Assembly: GCA_002269645.1 (NCBI GenBank)
Contig: NIVC01001184.1
Span: 1-64,000, forward strand
Source: Macrostomum lignano
Lineage: Eukaryota
Direction: 5' to 3'
Length of the DNA stretch: 64,000 nucleotides
Part shown: one piece after another, positions 13,155 through 31,088 of the stretch
Position numbering within the stretch: the first letter of the stretch is position 1
Layout of the letters: each line of letters opens with the position of its first letter
Translations under genes and position numbers: made by a program
Notes under the pieces: model-generated
Databases searched by the model: none
The model's input: only the letters and a program-made list of their open reading frames with translations
What the model was told of the DNA's origin: nothing

Positions 13155-14592
13155 AGTGCCATCTTATCAAGAAGGCCTCTACAAACTCAATCAACTTTGA
13201 AACAAGTTATGGAGAGTTGAGGAGTGTTATCAATAAATATGAAGACTTTTTTAAAATGATACCTTGAAAAGTTCAAAGATGTTTTAAATTTTGATAATTA
13301 GCTCGTAGCTGCTGCATCCATGTTTATTATATTTTAATAGAAAAAAATTACTCCCGCTTTTGTACGATTTGTTACGAAACTCAAACTCTTAGAAATCATT
13401 TTCTTACATTTCTGTATGCGCTATCAAAGGAGTAAAAGTACACATGATTCTGGGTGTACTTTTGATAGTGTGGTGCAATTCTCGCAGTTTTATTTATTCA
13501 CTAAAGCTTAACTTTCAGATTTTCTTTATATTTCACGACGAGTAGCTACCTATTACACTATATATTGATCAAGACTTTTCTTTTGATGATTCTCAAAGGT
13601 TTCTTTTTCTCGTAACTCAATTTAATCTTGTGTTCCGGCTTTGATTATAGGCATAACTACTGATATAACTGACGATAGAAGAGATCTTACTATTTTTTGT
13701 TTTCGACCCAAAATGTTAAAGCGTTAATTTTGCATTACATGTATATTTACTCTGTTTTGAATTAAATATATGAATTGAAAACTTACTATTCCGCTTCGTT
13801 GTCCTCTTTCGGATACATGCTCTTCTGTTATTAAACTCAGGTGTTTTATAATTATATCTAAATTCGATTGGAGTAGATTTACTTGGCTGTATGGCTTTGT
13901 CTTAGTTATTTTGTTCTGCCTCAGTCGACATTACTTGTAAACAATAGCAATAGTAGCAAAAGAGTTCAAATGGCTAGAAAGTCTGGGAATTATATTTGAT
14001 GAGAAAGTTTGGAAGCTTGCAAGTCAGTTTCATGGGAACCCGACTCGATCGGACCCGGCCGTCGTGCCTCCGGCAGCTCCACCACCAGTGTCGCAGCTGT
14101 ATCGCTGTCGCAGATCTTGGGCGCTGATCTCAAGAGTTTTTGTGGGAACCCGGATGTTCTTAGTACAAGCTAATTTCAGCCGACAGAACGTACTTTTCTA
14201 ACTTTTACTCGAGCAAACAATTAAGCGTGGGAAGCACAATGAACTCCCTGCTGAACTGGTCTGCTGTCCTGGGCTGATCGGCTGATTGCTGATGTGCGCA
14301 CTGCTGAGATCGCTGATGCTGCTGCTGTTGATGGTGCGAGCCGAGCTACGTCTTAGACAAAGACTATTATAGCGTCCGCAACGTTGGGGGCCTACTTCTT
14401 AACTTTGGTCCCCTCCAGGCTCACATTGGGTCCTCTAGTGCCGTCAGCCTCGGCCAGGTGACGCGTCAAGGTGCCCTAGCTAGCCTATCCCCGTTCCTAT
14501 AAACTTACGTGTTAATATGAGCATTTTCTTAGGGCTCATAAACACGTACATGTACATGTGTAATATACATTTACAGTTTTGAAAGTTTTGGA

Positions 14593-15591
14593 GGGAGTAC
14601 GACGTTTGCTTGCGGGAAGTTTGCTTGCCGAACTTTGCTTGCGGGAACTTTGCTTGCCGAACTTTGCTTGCAGGAACTTTGCTTGCCGAACTTTGCTTGC
14701 TGAGCTTTGCTGGCGGAATTCTGCTTGCTGAGCTTTGCTGGCGGAATTCTGCTTGCCGAACTTTGCTTGCCGAACTTTGCTTACCGAACTTTGCTTGCCG
14801 AACTTTGCTTGCCGAACTTTGCTTGTCGAACTTTGATTGCCGAACTTTGCTTGCGGAATTTTGATGTCTGCTTCCTAGAAATTCGCAATCACAATTGCAA
14901 GGTTTTAACTTGCCGAATTATTTTCTTGTTTGCTTGCTTGTTTGATTGCTTGTGAAGTTGGTCAGTCAATTATTACTTACTACAGATGCTTTGCAAGTGG
15001 ATTCTTATCAGCGTCGACGTAAACTGACTTGACACTGAGCTTTCAAACTAGGCTTATAGAGTTTCATTCTAAGAATTTAGTGATTAGAGATTTAGTATAG
15101 GTAGATTGGGATCGGTAACAGTATAAATCTTTGTAGTTCCTGATTTCAGCACGATTGAGCAGGTATGATTGTAGTGATGCTAATGTATAATAATGCATAT
15201 ACTAATGATAATTAGTATATACGAGCGTAAAAATGTAAACGCACTTGGACTGGCGGATTTGCACGAGTACTAGTGTCGTGTACTTGTCACCAAGGAACAA
15301 AAGTTAAAACACTCGTAGAACCGAAAGTTCCGTGGAGTTTCGAAAGTTTCTGCGTTAGGGCTGAAATCATAACGAATCTTCCACGAATCTTAGAAAATGA
15401 AAATTAGAAATACAAGAGCTCAAAATAGGTTCTGTAAGGTTCCGCAAGAAAACTTTGCCTGGCAAACCTCGGCAAGCAAAGTTCGGCAAGCAAAGTTCGG
15501 CAAGCAAAGTTCGGCAAGCAAAGTTCGGCAAGCAAAGTTCGGCAAGCAAAGTTCGGCAAGCAAAAGTCTCGCAAGCAAATTTCATAGACCC
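14593..15591. mobile_element. Foldback-like non-autonomous element with internally repetitive inverted arms
   Basis: 15-bp units ACTTTGCTTGCCGAA at ~14600-14860 recur as their reverse complement at ~15465-15580. Ends are GGG...CCC. No TSD or transposase seen. Confidence 0.65.
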
Positions 15592-18500
15592 GTCCATCCA
15601 TACCATGTATGTATTTGAATTCATTGATGACGGGAAGATCGCTCCAGCTGGCCCTTACCTGGGCACTGCAAGGCCGGTGATCAGAAGCTGGATGTCCTGC
15701 AACGGCGGGAGCAATAGTAGCTCTTGGCCGGGCCGGATCACGTCTGGCCAGCCAGTTGAATTTGAATTGCCGCTGCCGGGCGTTGCACAGGCACAGCTGA
15801 CGCCGGGCTCAAAGGGCCACCACATGTACCGAGCAGCTATAGTATAGCCCTCTGCTGCATGAGTCCATGCAGCTGCTAAGCTGCTCTAGCTATTATAGTG
15901 TGGGCCGTCAGCGTTCACGCCTCAAGTTGCACAGCAGGACGGACTCAATCACAGCTCTGCGCGGTCAAATAGTGCTTCGTCGGGCTGAAAGACAGCTACG
16001 GTACCTTACGCGAATACCTTACATGTACGCACAGCGCAATACGTGTGCAGTAGCTCCGTACATGAATGTCCAGCAGAAGAGTTCCCTGCACCTGCGCTGG
16101 CCGGGTGTCTTTTACGTTAAACACCAAACTGCAGTACCCTTTAGATGTCGGCCGGCACATTGCAAACCTCGATCGGCCGGTTTGCTTAATGTAAATGTAC
16201 TACGAGCGTAGGGGCTTTTAACGGGCTTCTACTTAATTTTTTTTACCACAAACCAAGGCTAAGAAGCCACCTACCAGACTAGCCTGTCAATCTATCGGGC
16301 CGGTTGCTAGCAAAGGTGATGAAAAGATGGCGATCGGTTATCAGCGTAGTCAAATATATACTCTTGAGGTGTTTACGAAAGGGCCACTAGAAGTCGCAGT
16401 AATTTCGACTGCGGGACCTCGTCCAGTCAAACCCCTAAGCCGCCTGGTATTGCCCTTCATTATTCAACTCACGTAGGTTACTGAGTAAAGATATAGTTCT
16501 CTTTAAAGTTAATTTGATTTTGTCTCAAGTTTTTGTTTGCTGCTGACTTGTTAAAATGAAGTAAATGGCGTAGAATTAAAAAGCGGTAAAAAATGTTTTT
16601 TGTTAAAATATGTTAAAATATGTTAAAATATGTTAAAATGTTAAAATATTTTTAGACTTTTTAGTAGCAGCAATTTAGTTCTTGAATTATATAAATAAGC
16701 ATCATTAAATTGAAATGAAATACATAGTAGCTACCAGTAAATAGATCTTCATCTGGATGATGCAAAGTTTCCTGTCGGAGGATAAAGCGAGCTCTGTCAT
16801 GGTCATGTTAAATGCCATGAAGTGGCACTAGCTACAAGCCTTGCTTGCAGTCTGCAGAGAAGTGGGGTCGGGTCGGGAAGGCAGCCCAGCACTTTGTTGT
16901 GTAGGGCCTACTCCTGTACATTACGGGTCAGTTGTGCCCCTTGAGCGATGGATGCCTTAGCCTTATACTTACTATAGCCTCTGCCTCTGCTCTAGAGAAT
17001 CGATTTTTTTACTTTTCTTCATTCAATGCTGATTTCTGAATTGTTTTTTTAATCATGCACTCAAGATACACGCATATAGTGACTTACACCATACATAGGG
17101 CCTACATTTCATGTCATCCTATCCCACTCATCAAAAAGACAATCAGATGGCTAGGCCTAAATTTGGAGAATTTTGCTAATTTCATATTTTCACATAGGCC
17201 TAGGCCTTAAATTAGGCCTAGTCTACAATTACAATTACAAGTAGGCCCGGGTAGCCTAGGCCTATATTTAGTGCCATTGATGAGACCTATGACTCAGTTA
17301 AATATGTCTAGTTTATAAATTAGTAGGCCTATTAGGCCTACAAAAGCCCTAGCTGCTAGCTATAATGCTAATATAGATAGTGAGTCAGTGACCTAGCCTA
17401 GGCTAGGCCTAGTCTAAAAAGAGCTCTAGGTTTATAATTATAAGTATTGTCTTAGTAGATAGGGCGCATGACCAAGACCGCCACACACCAAGACCGCCAC
17501 AGCTCTTACTGGCTACTGGAATTGAGGGGGAGCTACTAATCTTCCAGCATTGCTATTGGTTGTGATGGGTTGTGGAGTTAGATGAGGAGGAAGCGTCCCA
17601 AGATTGGTCACGAATAAGTGGCCCAAAACGATTGCAAGTCAACCAGGCAATTTTAACAATATCTTTAACAAAACCACAATTTGTTACTTTTAGCAGTAGA
17701 TGAGCATGAATAATGCTTTTGAGAGCAAAAGCTTGAGTAATTAGATTTAACTTCACTTTCAAAAAAGCGCCTCTCAAAATGCAATTGCAGGTTGCTGTAA
17801 TTTGAAAATTTTTTACGAGCTCGCACATTCGTATATTCGGCGTCTGGGGGCCTTTTCATATTGCTTGCTCTGGTTCCAGAACCAGACCCAATTTGTGAAG
17901 TATAACTTTTTGTCTCCATAACTAGACGAAGATACGTACTATAAAGTTTTTATTATTGAATGACAATCGCCAAGAAGAAAGTGAAAAATTGTGCTAAGTT
18001 AGGTTGTTAAGGCAGTCAAATATTAACAGAGTTTAATAGTTATACTGCTGTTTTTCTTGGAATTCCGAACCGATTCTTGTTCTGGAATTGGTAATATGAA
18101 AAGGCCCTGGGTGCGTAGTGCATTACGGACAAACAAATCTAAGCGTCTTGATATGTGCTATGGTTTGTGGATTTAGAGGTGTCATTCATTTTGACGAAGG
18201 TTTACATGTATTTTGACGAAAGCAAGTTAACAACTATCGTTCACTCACATAACAGAAAAAGCGCATCTTAGGCCCAATGCCTATGATATGTTACATGTCT
18301 GGAAATGTACGAGCACGAGCACTGTGTGTATTTCATTGTGTACTCAAAGCCGGGAATTTCGGAGAAAGCAAAGGGAGGGGATGAGAGTAAATTTACATGC
18401 ACATGTAATGAGAGAATAAATGGAGAGGGGTTAAGAGATCTCGATCTCTCTCACTCTCACTCTCTCTGTCTCACTCATTTCACACCCACTCCCACACTGA

Positions 18501-18671
18501 CACACTCTCTCACTCTCACTCTCTTACTCACTCACTCACTCACTCACTCACTCACTCACTCTCTCGCTTTTAATTCATTTCTGAATTTCAGGCACTATAG
18601 GCACTATAATAAATTACAGAATTTTTCACACATTTGATATTTTGCCTCCGATTTTTAAATGCAAATATCCT

Positions 18672-19205
18672 TTACTCTCGCGCACTGCGGCAACTTTGCA
18701 CAGGTACAGTGTACAGTGACTGTGCAAGTGAAGGTACAGTGAATCCAGCACCTGGAAAATGCTCAAAAGCCTGCGGAGGTGGGCTACGAGGCGGCGCCAA
18801 CTCTGCTGGAGGCTCGTGAATTGATTCTTCGAGCACAGGTTCAGCGTCAGCGAAATCGGGATACTGAAATAAAAACCTCTCTTCCACTTCTACATGAGGG
18901 ACTGGAAGCAATGGCTCCTCTTGGTCAATAGGCTCACCACCTGGTCCTGATCCTGGAAAGGTTGGCGGCACAGTAGCTGCTGGGGCAGCTGAGGGTGCAG
19001 ATGAAGGCACACCTGTAGTTGGCCTAAGGCATCGGTTGCACAGCCAGAAAAACTCGCGTACACGTTTCATCGCAGCGTACTGCTCCGGTGTAACGCGACT
19101 GTTACACGCACGATGCTGCCATTCGCTACACTGCGAGCACTCAATAGCTTCTTCTCCATTGACAACAGGCTGTACACACACTACACATGGGTATGCACCT
19201 GCCAT
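18672..19205 (-). CDS. PHD-finger protein, probably truncated and transposon-derived
   Basis: C4HC3 pattern CVVC..ECSQCSEWQHRAC..WLCNRC followed by a Pro/acidic linker; lies inside the TIR element. Confidence 0.7.
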   Translation of the reverse strand: MAGAYPCVVCVQPVVNGEEAIECSQCSEWQHRACNSRVTPEQYAAMKRVREFFWLCNRCLRPTTGVPSSAPSAAPAATVPPTFPGSGPGGEPIDQEEPLLPVPHVEVEERFLFQYPDFADAEPVLEESIHEPPAELAPPRSPPPQAFEHFPGAGFTVPSLAQSLYTVPVQSCRSARE

Positions 19206-19489
19206 TTTAATGATATTTCTTGATCAAAAACTATTTAAGCTCCGATATCAGATAATCAGTTTTTATTGTATAGATATGCTATTCTAATACAATTATAGAT
19301 AAACAGAAAATTCAAATTCGGGGCCGTATCAGTGGAGGATAACTGCTATTTGATGAGCGCCCAGCCAATGAGAGTTCTGGCATATTTGGAAGAGCGTTTC
19401 TTACCCACTGTTTCACCCACTGTTTCACCCACTGTTTCTCACCCATTGTTTCTCGGAGAGTGGATAGAGAGTGAGAGTGGAGAGAGGGT

Positions 19490-19710
19490 GAGAGTTGAAA
19501 GAGAGGCTGAAAGTGGAGAGAGGGTGAGAGTTGAAAGAGACTGAGAGTAGAGGCTGAGAGTAAAGAGAGGCTGAAAGTGGAGAGAGGGTGAGAGTAGAGG
19601 GAGGGTGAGAGTGGACAGAGGGTGAGAGTGGAGAGAGGGTGAGAGTGGAGAGAGGGTGAGAGTGGAGAGAGGGTGAGAGTGGAGAGAGGGTGAGAGTGGA
19701 GAGAGTGTGA
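19490..19710. repeat. ~17-bp purine-rich tandem repeat (GAGAGTGGAGAGAGGGT)
   Basis: About 12 imperfect copies. Confidence 0.9.
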
Positions 19711-19859
19711 GAGAATTAAAGAGAGACCTCGAGCAGCAGTGTCGGAAAATATTTCAAAGTGGGGGGGGGGGCTATTGTTGGGAGGGCACATTGCACATAA
19801 TTTCTTTTAATCTAAGGGCACCCAAACTCCTGATGTTAGCTATATCAGTTTGTGAAATT

Positions 19860-21350
19860 GTCCTCTCCTCTCCTCTCCTTTCCTCTCCTCTCCTCTCCTC
19901 TCCTCTCCTCTCCTCTCCTCACCTATCTCCTCTCCTCTCCTCTCCTCTCCTCTCCTCTCCTCTCCTCTCCTCTCCTCACCTCTCCTCTCCTCTCCTCACC
20001 TCTCCTCTCCTCTCCTCTCCTCTCCTCTCCTCTCCTCTCCTCTCCTCTCCTCTCCTCTCCTCTCCTCTCCTCTCTCTCCTCTCCTCTCCTCTCCTCTCCT
20101 CTCCTCTCCTCTCCTCTCCTCTCCTCTCCTCTCCTCTCCTCTCCTCTCCTCTCCTCTCCTCTCCTCTCCTCCTCTCTCCCTCCTCTCCTCTCCTCTCCTC
20201 TCCTCTCCTCTCTTCTCCTCTCCTCTCCTCACCTATCTCCTCTCCTCTCCTCTCCTCTCCTCTCCTCTCCTCTCCTCTCCTCTCCTCTTCTCTCCTCTCC
20301 TCTCCTCTCCTCTCCTCTCCTCTCCTCTCCTCTCCTCTCCTCTCCTCTCCTCTCCTCTCCTCTCCTCTCCTCTCCTCTCCTCTCCTCTCCTCTCCTCTCC
20401 TCACCTCTCCTCTCCTCACCTATCTCCTCTCCTCTCCTCTCCTCTCCTCTCCTCTCCTCTCCTCTCCTCTCCTCTCCTCTCCTCTCCTCTCCTCTCCTCT
20501 CCTCTCCTCTCTCTCCTCTCCTCTCCTCTCCTCTCCTCTCCTCTCCTCTCCTCTCCTCCCTCTCCTCTCCTCTCCTCTCCTCTCCTCTCCTCACCTATCT
20601 CCTCTCCTCTCCTCTCCTCTCCTCTCCTCTCCTCTCCTCTCCTCTCCTCTCCTCTCCTCTCCTCTCCTCTCCTCACCTCTCCTCTCCTCTCCTCTCCTCA
20701 CCTATCTCCTCTCCTCTCCTCTCCTCTCCTCTCCTCTCCTCTCCTCTCCTCTCCTCTCCTCTCCTCTCCTCACCTCTCCTCTCCTCACCTCACCTCTCCT
20801 CTCCTCTCCTCTCCTCTCCTCTCCTCTCCTCTCCTCTCCTCTCCTCTCCTCTCCTCTCTCCTCTCCTCTCCTCTCCTCTCCTCTCCTCTCCTCTCCTCTC
20901 CTCTCCTCTCCTCTCCTCTCCTCTCCTCTCCTCTCCTCTCCTCTCCTCTCCTCTCCTCTCCTCTCCTCTCCTCTCCTCTCCTCTCCTCTCCTCTCCTCTC
21001 CTCACCTATCTCCTCTCCTCTCCTCTCCTCTCCTCTCCTCTCCTCTCCTCTCCTCTCCTCTCCTCTCCTCTCCTCTCCTCACCTCTCCTCTCCTCTCCTC
21101 TCCTCACCTATCTCCTCTCCTCTCCTCTCCTCTCCTCTCCTCTCCTCTCTCTCTCTCCTCTCCTCTCCTCTCCTCACCTCTCCTCTCCTCACCTCACCTC
21201 TCCTCTCCTCTCCTCTCCTCTCCTCTCCTCTCCTCTCCTCTCCTCTCCTCTCCTCTCCTCTCCTCTCCTCTCCTCTCCTCTCCTCTCCTCTCTCTCTCCT
21301 CTCCTCTCCTCTCCTCTCCTCTCCTCTCCTCTCCTCTCCTCTCCTCTCCA
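19860..21350. repeat. (CTCCT)n pentanucleotide satellite, ~1.5 kb
   Basis: Nearly pure polypyrimidine tract with sporadic CACCT and CACCTAT variants. Confidence 0.98.
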
Positions 21351-24227
21351 CTCTTCTCTGTTCTCTCCTCTCATCTCTCCTTTCTTATCATCTCCTCTCC
21401 TCTCTTAGCTCGTATCAGCTCTCATCTCCCTTTTCCTCTCCATTCTCTTCTCCCTTCCCTCGTTCTCTCCTCTCTCTTATATCTCGACTCTCCTCATTCA
21501 TCTCCCCTCTCCTATTTTATCTCTTTTCTCGTCTACTCTCTTCTCCTTTATTCCTTAGCCTCTCCTTTCTCCTACGATCGTACTCGTATAGTTCTCTTCT
21601 CTATTCCCTATCCTCTCCCTTCTCTTGCCTGCAATCATCAGGGACTCCTGGGCACGTTTCGCTTAGGGGGCCCACGGAAGCAGACCCAGAAGGGCAGTCA
21701 TTGCGCCACGCTAGGTTCTTAATCTGGCCCTTGAGGTAAAAAGTTTGCTGACCCCTGCACTAAAAGCACTAGGCTTAGGCACATTAGATAAAACTGTAGT
21801 GAATGGGATTGAGAACAACATTAACTATTATATCAGCCCTTAGCTTCCAAGACTCAGAAAAGCCAAAGCCGAAAACCGGCCGACACTTGCTTAAAATTCA
21901 AAAAGGGCACTTGATGGATCATGCTAAAAAGTGGGGGGGGGGCTCCAGCCCCCCGTGACCCCTGGTTCCGACCACCCCTGACCTCGAGAGATGATTTCCT
22001 GATCCAATTTAGCTGTACAGAGCATGGATATACATGTATCTATCACACAATGCGCATACTGTGTACCAGGTCGATCATTGCCAATTGATTGCATGGTAAA
22101 TTAAAATCAAGTGTAGCGATATGACTGTCCGTCTGTTGTATGGTAGGGATCAGAACTGCATGTTACATGCACGAGTATACACTGGTAGCCAATGTGATGT
22201 ACAGTACAAATGTACAATTGTAGCTAATATTCGTTCAAATTATAGTTTTAGAACGTATTTTTTAATAAACAGGGAGAACATCCGAAATCAAAGTAAACGA
22301 TTACTGTACATGTGATGTGCATGCATTTTCGTGCCATACATTTTGATTGTATTAAGAGCGATTAGAGTAACTTTTGAGTGAGTGATCAGTGTGCAAGTGA
22401 GTGAGTGAGCGAGTAAGATACATGTAGAGGGTGAGAGAGTGAGTGAGTTAGTGATTGAGTGATTTAAAGTGAGCATGAAAGCTGCTTATAACAGGCCTCG
22501 TACAACTCGATCGAGGCCCAGCTCGTACAAATCACGGACTACTTTAGTGTCTTTTTTATAGGAAGCCTGTACATGTACACGTAATAAAAACGGTATGGCT
22601 GCACGACTCACCATCCCGTAACCTCTAAATACAAGTGCATGTTAGCCTGCCTGCCTGCGATCGAATTGGCAAATTTGCATTGGCAATCGGACATGCTCGA
22701 ATCACACATGAAAACTCACATTATAACAAATTATAACAATGATAACCAACTCAAGGACCACATTCGAAACTGCGAATTAAGAATGCAGTTAAGTCAAGAG
22801 CCTTTTTTCACAGCTTTCTACTAATAGTAGCTGTTTATTTAGGATTGATAGTTCCTTTACAATTCAAATTGAATGAAAAAACGAGGAGGGCTCACTCAGG
22901 TCCGCCCGGCCCGCTCACCGGTTCCTCTCTCGCGGCCTTGTCGTCCCCATCTCACCCCTCCCCCAGCACCATCCAATAACATGGCGAGCCAAATTCCTCC
23001 CCCTAGCTCCCCCAAGTGTGGCGGTCTTGGTGTGTGGCGGTCTTGGTCCTACACCGTAGATAGGCCCCCTATTTAATTAGTTAGACTATTTGGGCTATTG
23101 CTAGTATTAGATTAATTACCTAGCTATATTTAAAGTTTTATAGGGCCTATTGAACATTATTGATTAATAAAGTCAAGGTTCCATTAAAAAAATAATTAGC
23201 CTATATAAAATATGAAATAGGCCTATTAGGCCTATCAAAGATTTTTTATCATTTTTTAGCATTGACATTTGCCAAATAGGAATCAAATAATTATTTAAAC
23301 TCTATCTCAAACAAACCTAGTTAAAATCAAGGGGTCTTAACCTTGCATAGATCAAAAGGCAAAAGCCCCTTTATATAAAAGACCTTATTCTTTATCTTAG
23401 CACTAGGCCTATCACAATATTAAGATAGGCCTACCTTTTAGATTCCCAGCATAGAGATAGTGGAAAAGCTACTTTAAGTAGTCCTTATCTTAAAAACTAG
23501 TTATACTTGGGATTAGAGCAATGAGACCTTGCTATGCCTATTAGACCATCCATAACCCAAGTTACCAATTCTCTATATAGGTCTATGGCTGCCTAGGTCT
23601 AAGTGCCCTAGAAGGATGACTAGTAAAGTCTGATCTATTTCTACCTTTTCTCTCTATTTATAGTCAGTAAAGTCAAGTTTTTGCCTTGTAGGGGTGGCAA
23701 GAGCATGGCTACTAATTATTCAAAGTGGATTGGCCATCTTTGAATTATTGAATTTATCTATAAATAGTTGCTTTTTTAATGCTGTTGTCCTTAGATTAAG
23801 AAACGATAATTAGCAATTTTGGTTCCAAATTCCTAGAATCCCAATAAATTAAAAAGCATTCAACTTAAAAAAGTTGCCAATTTTAGATTTAAAAAAGGAG
23901 TCCAAATTCGAGATGTTAAATTAAAAGTTAGTATATTATAACCAAGGGAATAGCCAAGGGGGGACACTAGGGACATGCCTCCTGGAAAGGAGAACCTTTT
24001 TACTGCCTTTGTATTTTGCTTCCATTGCCTTCATTTGAGATGGATTTATGTCTTTGTCCCTCCCTAACGTGAATCCTAGCATGCACCTAGTTTATAACAT
24101 ATACTATAAAACAAAATACCTAGTTTTGGAATTACCTAATTATTTATATTCATACTAACAAAGGGTATATAATAATGGTTAAACCTTGTATGTTTAGTAT
24201 ACTAAAAATTTGTTTATCACTATATAT

Positions 24228-24386
24228 GCATGCTTGGGCGCAACCTAGGGATTCACCCGGCCATTTCTATTGGCTACACACACATGTAATAATAGTCACG
24301 TGACTGCTCTCAGCCAATAGCGACTTACATGTGTGTGTGTTGCCAATAGAAATGGCTGAGTAATTCCCAAGGTTGCACATGTATGC
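24228..24386. mobile_element. Palindromic MITE-like element (~160 bp)
   Basis: Imperfect ~60-bp inverted arms (GCAACCT..GCCATTTCTATTGGC..ACACACATGTAA) around a spacer containing GTCACGTGAC. Confidence 0.6.
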
Positions 24387-24963
24387 TTAATTACACCTAC
24401 CCTAATTGGCAGATGTGCAAAACAGCTCAGCTGCAACTATTGTGCAGTACATCTGAAAGCTGCGTATGCCTGTTTAGTCCAAGGCCTGGGGGGTTACCAT
24501 ATGCTGTCAATTATTCTTGTACCATAACTAATGCTGGCACCCATTTTATAGCTGGGTGAACTGAAGCAATGCAAAGTTAAGTGTCTTGCTTGAGGACACA
24601 AATTGTTCCAGTGGGATTGGGAATCAAATCCCCAACCTTTCATTAGTGAGTCCAATGCTCCAACCACAGATATAATCTGAGTAATGTAATTGCAAATCTA
24701 CAATTGAAATGATGCTTTAAAACTCAATTATTGTTCTTATGAATATTTTCTACTAATTAATAAAACAGCTAATGTAGAGATTTAGTCACTTTCTTCATAG
24801 TAATAATTTTTATTGTGTTAATACTTACCTACATTTGTGAGCTTTCAACTAAAAAATTATCAAATTATGAAAATATTATTTCTAAATTTGCTATTTCATG
24901 CCTAATATTATTACAAAAAATCTATCAATCGAGTGAGAAATTAATCAAATCAAACAATTTCTC

Positions 24964-29743
<4,780 letters not shown>

Positions 29744-30833
29744 GACTGAAAAAAATTCAGCTCTTAGATTGGGCCTGTCTACCTGTTTGAGTCCTATAAC
29801 CCTGAGCGGGACATTCTCGGGATTATCAGTTTGATTTAATTAGTTATCAACTTTAGAAATTAAAAAACTTGGCGACACGGCGTGTGCGAGCGGGCTTGGA
29901 ATCTGAATAACCTAAAGTACAGTAAGTACTTTTAATGTGCACATCGCCTGGTGTGAATGGCGTGCGGTGCGACATGTACTTTTAATTATGTACATTGTGA
30001 AATGTGTGTGCAAAAAATAAATTATGCTATAAAATAATCTTAATTAGTCAATGAACAAATAGGTATATCGGTCTATCAATTCCTATTTATGGTATAACAA
30101 TAGCAGAGTCACTGAGACCAATTAATTAAATTTTATTCCCTAATCTTCCTGCTGTCTGATAAACTGTATTCCCACAGGGTGTATAGATAATTCCAAGTCA
30201 AATTTACTATTGGTAGTTACGGCTATACTTTCCTTACTGTAATTAACTATGCTGCCTTGTGCCTTCGGTTAGTTTTGCTTTGCTTTGCTTCTATCTATAT
30301 AGGGAATTATTTTACCTGCCAGTGCTACTTTAATTAGCAATTAAACATTTATGAGCACCCGGGTTTTATAAAGCTGAACAATTATAGATGGTTATATCAT
30401 ACGTGCTAGGCGATGTTTTAACTTGCGCACCTATTCTATTGTTATCTCGTATCGTATTTGTCTTATCTTTTGTTCTTAATTAGTTTACACATGGCTGTGG
30501 CACCTGCCTAGGTCGATAATTTAAAATTAATTATCGTCCTACGGCCCCCACTGGTTCTCTATAAATATTAAGTATACATTTGCGTTATTTCGTTTTTGCT
30601 CTAATATATTTAGTGGTTTTGCTCTGCTCTGTTGCTAACTGTTTAGTCTTGTGCGTTTTTTGCCCAATAAATTTATACAATTTATAAAATATCCCCTTCT
30701 CGCTGAGTTGTCCAGTGCTTCATCCAGTTAATAGTTGGTTGGTTTATAGCCCGCAATGATCTTTTCACACCTTGATGCATACGAGTCTCAGCATCCACAC
30801 AAATATACATAAGATTCCAAACCCCCCTGTCCC

Positions 30834-31088
30834 CACAATGTACACTTTATAAAGACCGAAGAACCCCTCTCTCCTCACAATGTACACTCTACAGAGTCCG
30901 AAACCCTCTCTCCTCACAATGTACACTCTTTAAGAGTCCGAATCACTCTCTCCCCACAATGTACACTCTACAGAGTCCGAAACCCTCTCTCCTCACAATG
31001 TACACTCTTTAAGAGTCCGAATCACTCTCTCCCCACAATGTACACTCTCCAGAGTCCGAAACCCTCTCTACCCACAATGTACACTCTA
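30834..31088. repeat. 39/40-bp alternating tandem repeat (CACAATGTACACTCT...GAGTCCGAA)
   Basis: About 6-7 copies, with two variants alternating. Confidence 0.9.

Larger units (their letters stand above)
17462..23056. mobile_element. Putative non-autonomous TIR DNA transposon (~5.6 kb) carrying a PHD-finger ORF
   Basis: Left end GGGCGCATGACCAAGACCGCCACACACCAAGACCGCCACA matches the reverse complement of the right end (TGTGGCGGTCTTGGTGTGTGGCGGTCTTGGTCCTACACCG). TAGATA lies directly outside both ends (17456-17461, 23057-23062). Confidence 0.65.

Noticed and set aside
14330-14395. PBS-like strings (TAGCGTCCGCAACGTTGGGGGCC, TGGTGCGAGCC)
   Set aside because: Too degenerate, with no LTR pair, gag or pol nearby.
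19707-21722. Long ORFs of 671, 518 and 147 aa (SSPLL and ERRGE repeats)
   Set aside because: Translations of the (CTCCT)n satellite, which has no stop codon in any frame.
21727-21980. hAT-like end AAAAAGTTTGCTGACCCCTG and a GGGGGGGCTCCAGCCCCCC..CCCCTG end
   Set aside because: I could not find matching partner ends or TSDs, so element boundaries cannot be supported.
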